A stretch of DNA of 64,000 nt, from the NCBI GenBank assembly GCA_965261595.1, contig CBDHDG010000007.1, positions 832,001-896,000 on the forward strand, given 5' to 3'. The stretch is from a bacterium. Lineage in GTDB: Bacteria > UBA8248 > JACPRG01 > G963555815. Of the stretch, positions 62,629 to 64,000 are shown piece by piece (within the stretch, counting starts at the first letter, position 1; every line of letters begins with the position of its first letter). The translations under genes and the position numbers were made by a program. The notes beneath the pieces were generated by a model that was not told the origin of the DNA, searched no databases, and saw only the letters and a list, made by a program, of their open reading frames with translations.

Positions 62629-62693
62629 GTCGATCTTTGGGAAACGGCCTCGCGGGGAACCGGGGTTCCGGTCGCGTTGAAGGGAGATGAACG

Positions 62694-63134
62694 GTGGGGA
62701 TCTTCTACGATCACGTGGCCCTGGCCTCCACGGACCCGGACCGGTCGGTGGTGTTCTACCGGGATGTGATGGGGTTCGAGCTTTCGAGCCGCAAGGCCCT
62801 GGACGACGGCCGCGAGCAGGCGGTCTTCCACATCGGCGATGGGATTCTGGTGGTCTTTCATCACGAGGACAACCGGTATGTCGGGAAGATCAAGAAACCG
62901 CGCTCCGGCATGCACCACTTGGCCTTCGGGATGAATGCCCCGGAATTCGACGCCATCCTCGACAGGTGCAAAGCCGGCGGCGTGACGGTCCGGCGGCTGG
63001 AGTATAATTCGGGTGCCAAGGGATTGGGCTTCGCCGCGTATTTCTACGACCCGGACGGCAACGAGATCGAAATCAAAAAATACGAGCCCGACCCCGACTT
63101 CCAAGAGCACTCCGCTCCCGACTATCACATTTAG
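62694..63134 (+). CDS. VOC/glyoxalase family protein
   Basis: DHVAL, FYRDVMGF, HHLAF and YFYDPDGNEIE motifs. Confidence 0.9.
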   Translation: MGIFYDHVALASTDPDRSVVFYRDVMGFELSSRKALDDGREQAVFHIGDGILVVFHHEDNRYVGKIKKPRSGMHHLAFGMNAPEFDAILDRCKAGGVTVRRLEYNSGAKGLGFAAYFYDPDGNEIEIKKYEPDPDFQEHSAPDYHI

Positions 63135-63286
63135 AACATCGGCGGGTTCGCACGTCCCGCCGCGGACCCCTCTCCCGCTCTCCGGGATTTGCGCGACCGT
63201 GAATCGGTGCGCATTTATGTGTGGCGCGATTGTGTTTCACCGCGGTGTATCGCCGCGGATTCCGGATGGATCAAGGGCTGACGGTC

Positions 63287-64000
63287 ATGGGCCGAAAACA
63301 GAGTCGAAAACCCTGGGGCGGCAGATTTTCGGAGCGGACGGCGCCGGCCGTGGAGGCCTTCACCGAATCGGTCTCCTTCGATCACCGGTTGGCCCGGTGC
63401 GATATCCAAGGGAGCGTCGCCCACGCCCGGATGCTGGCCAAGTGCGGAATCATCACAAAGGCCGAAGGCCGTAAGATCGTCAAAGGGCTGGAGAGCATCG
63501 GCCGGGAGATCGAAGCGGGACGGTTCCGGTTCGACCCCGGCCTGGAAGACGTGCACATGAACATCGAGGCGAGGCTCGTTCGGGACATCGGGCCGGTCGG
63601 GGGTAAGCTCCATGCGGCGCGGAGCCGCAACGATCAGGTCGCCCTGGATCTCCGTCTCTACTTGAAAGATGTCCTGGCGGATGTGCGGGAGGGCCTCCTG
63701 CGCCTGAAGGGGGCCCTGCTTGACAGGGCGGAGCGATACGCGGCCGTCGTGATGCCCGGGTACACCCATATGCGCAGGGCGCAGCCGGTGCTGTTCGCCC
63801 ACCACCTTCTCGCGTACGTCGAGATGTTGAACCGGGATGAGGAACGGATGTTCGACTGCCTCGGGCGCGTGGACGTGCTTCCCCTGGGAAGCGGGGCGCT
63901 CAGCGGAACGGGGTTTCCCGTGGATCGCGCCTACGTCGCGGAATTGTTGGGGTTCGGGAAAATCTCGCGGAACAGCCTGGATGCCGTCTCGGACCGGGAC
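63287..64000 (+). CDS. argH: Argininosuccinate lyase (partial, runs off the window)
   Basis: Manual translation: WGGRF, EDVHMNIE, RSRNDQVA, MPGYTH.RRAQP, PLGSGAL. Confidence 0.95.
   Translation, partial: MGRKQSRKPWGGRFSERTAPAVEAFTESVSFDHRLARCDIQGSVAHARMLAKCGIITKAEGRKIVKGLESIGREIEAGRFRFDPGLEDVHMNIEARLVRDIGPVGGKLHAARSRNDQVALDLRLYLKDVLADVREGLLRLKGALLDRAERYAAVVMPGYTHMRRAQPVLFAHHLLAYVEMLNRDEERMFDCLGRVDVLPLGSGALSGTGFPVDRAYVAELLGFGKISRNSLDAVSDRD

Overview
High-GC bacterial chromosome segment; the lineage cannot be fixed from this window alone. After an opine dehydrogenase gene and a tRNA-Arg(ACG)-tadA-tRNA-Ser(CGA) cluster comes a ~21 kb decayed accessory island (~2851-24097). It holds five copies of a 1404-bp IS3-family element with an atypical TC terminus and 4-bp target duplications, plus IS1380, IS481 and IS256 elements or relics. 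It also carries a split BMP solute-binding gene, a candidate defence module (large PD-(D/E)xK nuclease gene plus a sacsin-like GHKL ATPase with a DUF3883-like nuclease), another PD-(D/E)xK ORF, an exact 216-bp direct repeat around a structured 214-bp insert, and two tandem arm-domain tyrosine integrases. Beyond the island lie a sulfurtransferase and cysteine synthase, then a hybrid histidine kinase split by a 3.47-kb unit of two different IS1380 elements bounded by one TCAAA duplication. Next are a speD-pdaD-speE-speB polyamine operon with an unusual leader, an HtrA-like protein lacking catalytic residues, NitT/TauT ABC parts and ilvC. A variant cytochrome c maturation operon follows (CxxxY CcmE, apparent CcmA-CcmB fusion, two extra genes, atypical CcmH). 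The rest holds coxG, trxA, hydrolases, trpF-trpB-trpA, ftsK, two amidohydrolase paralogs, an MFS transporter, an SGNH hydrolase, a ComDE-like pair, a VOC protein and the start of argH. Several frameshifts sit in short homopolymers and may be sequencing errors. No CRISPR array or rRNA was seen.
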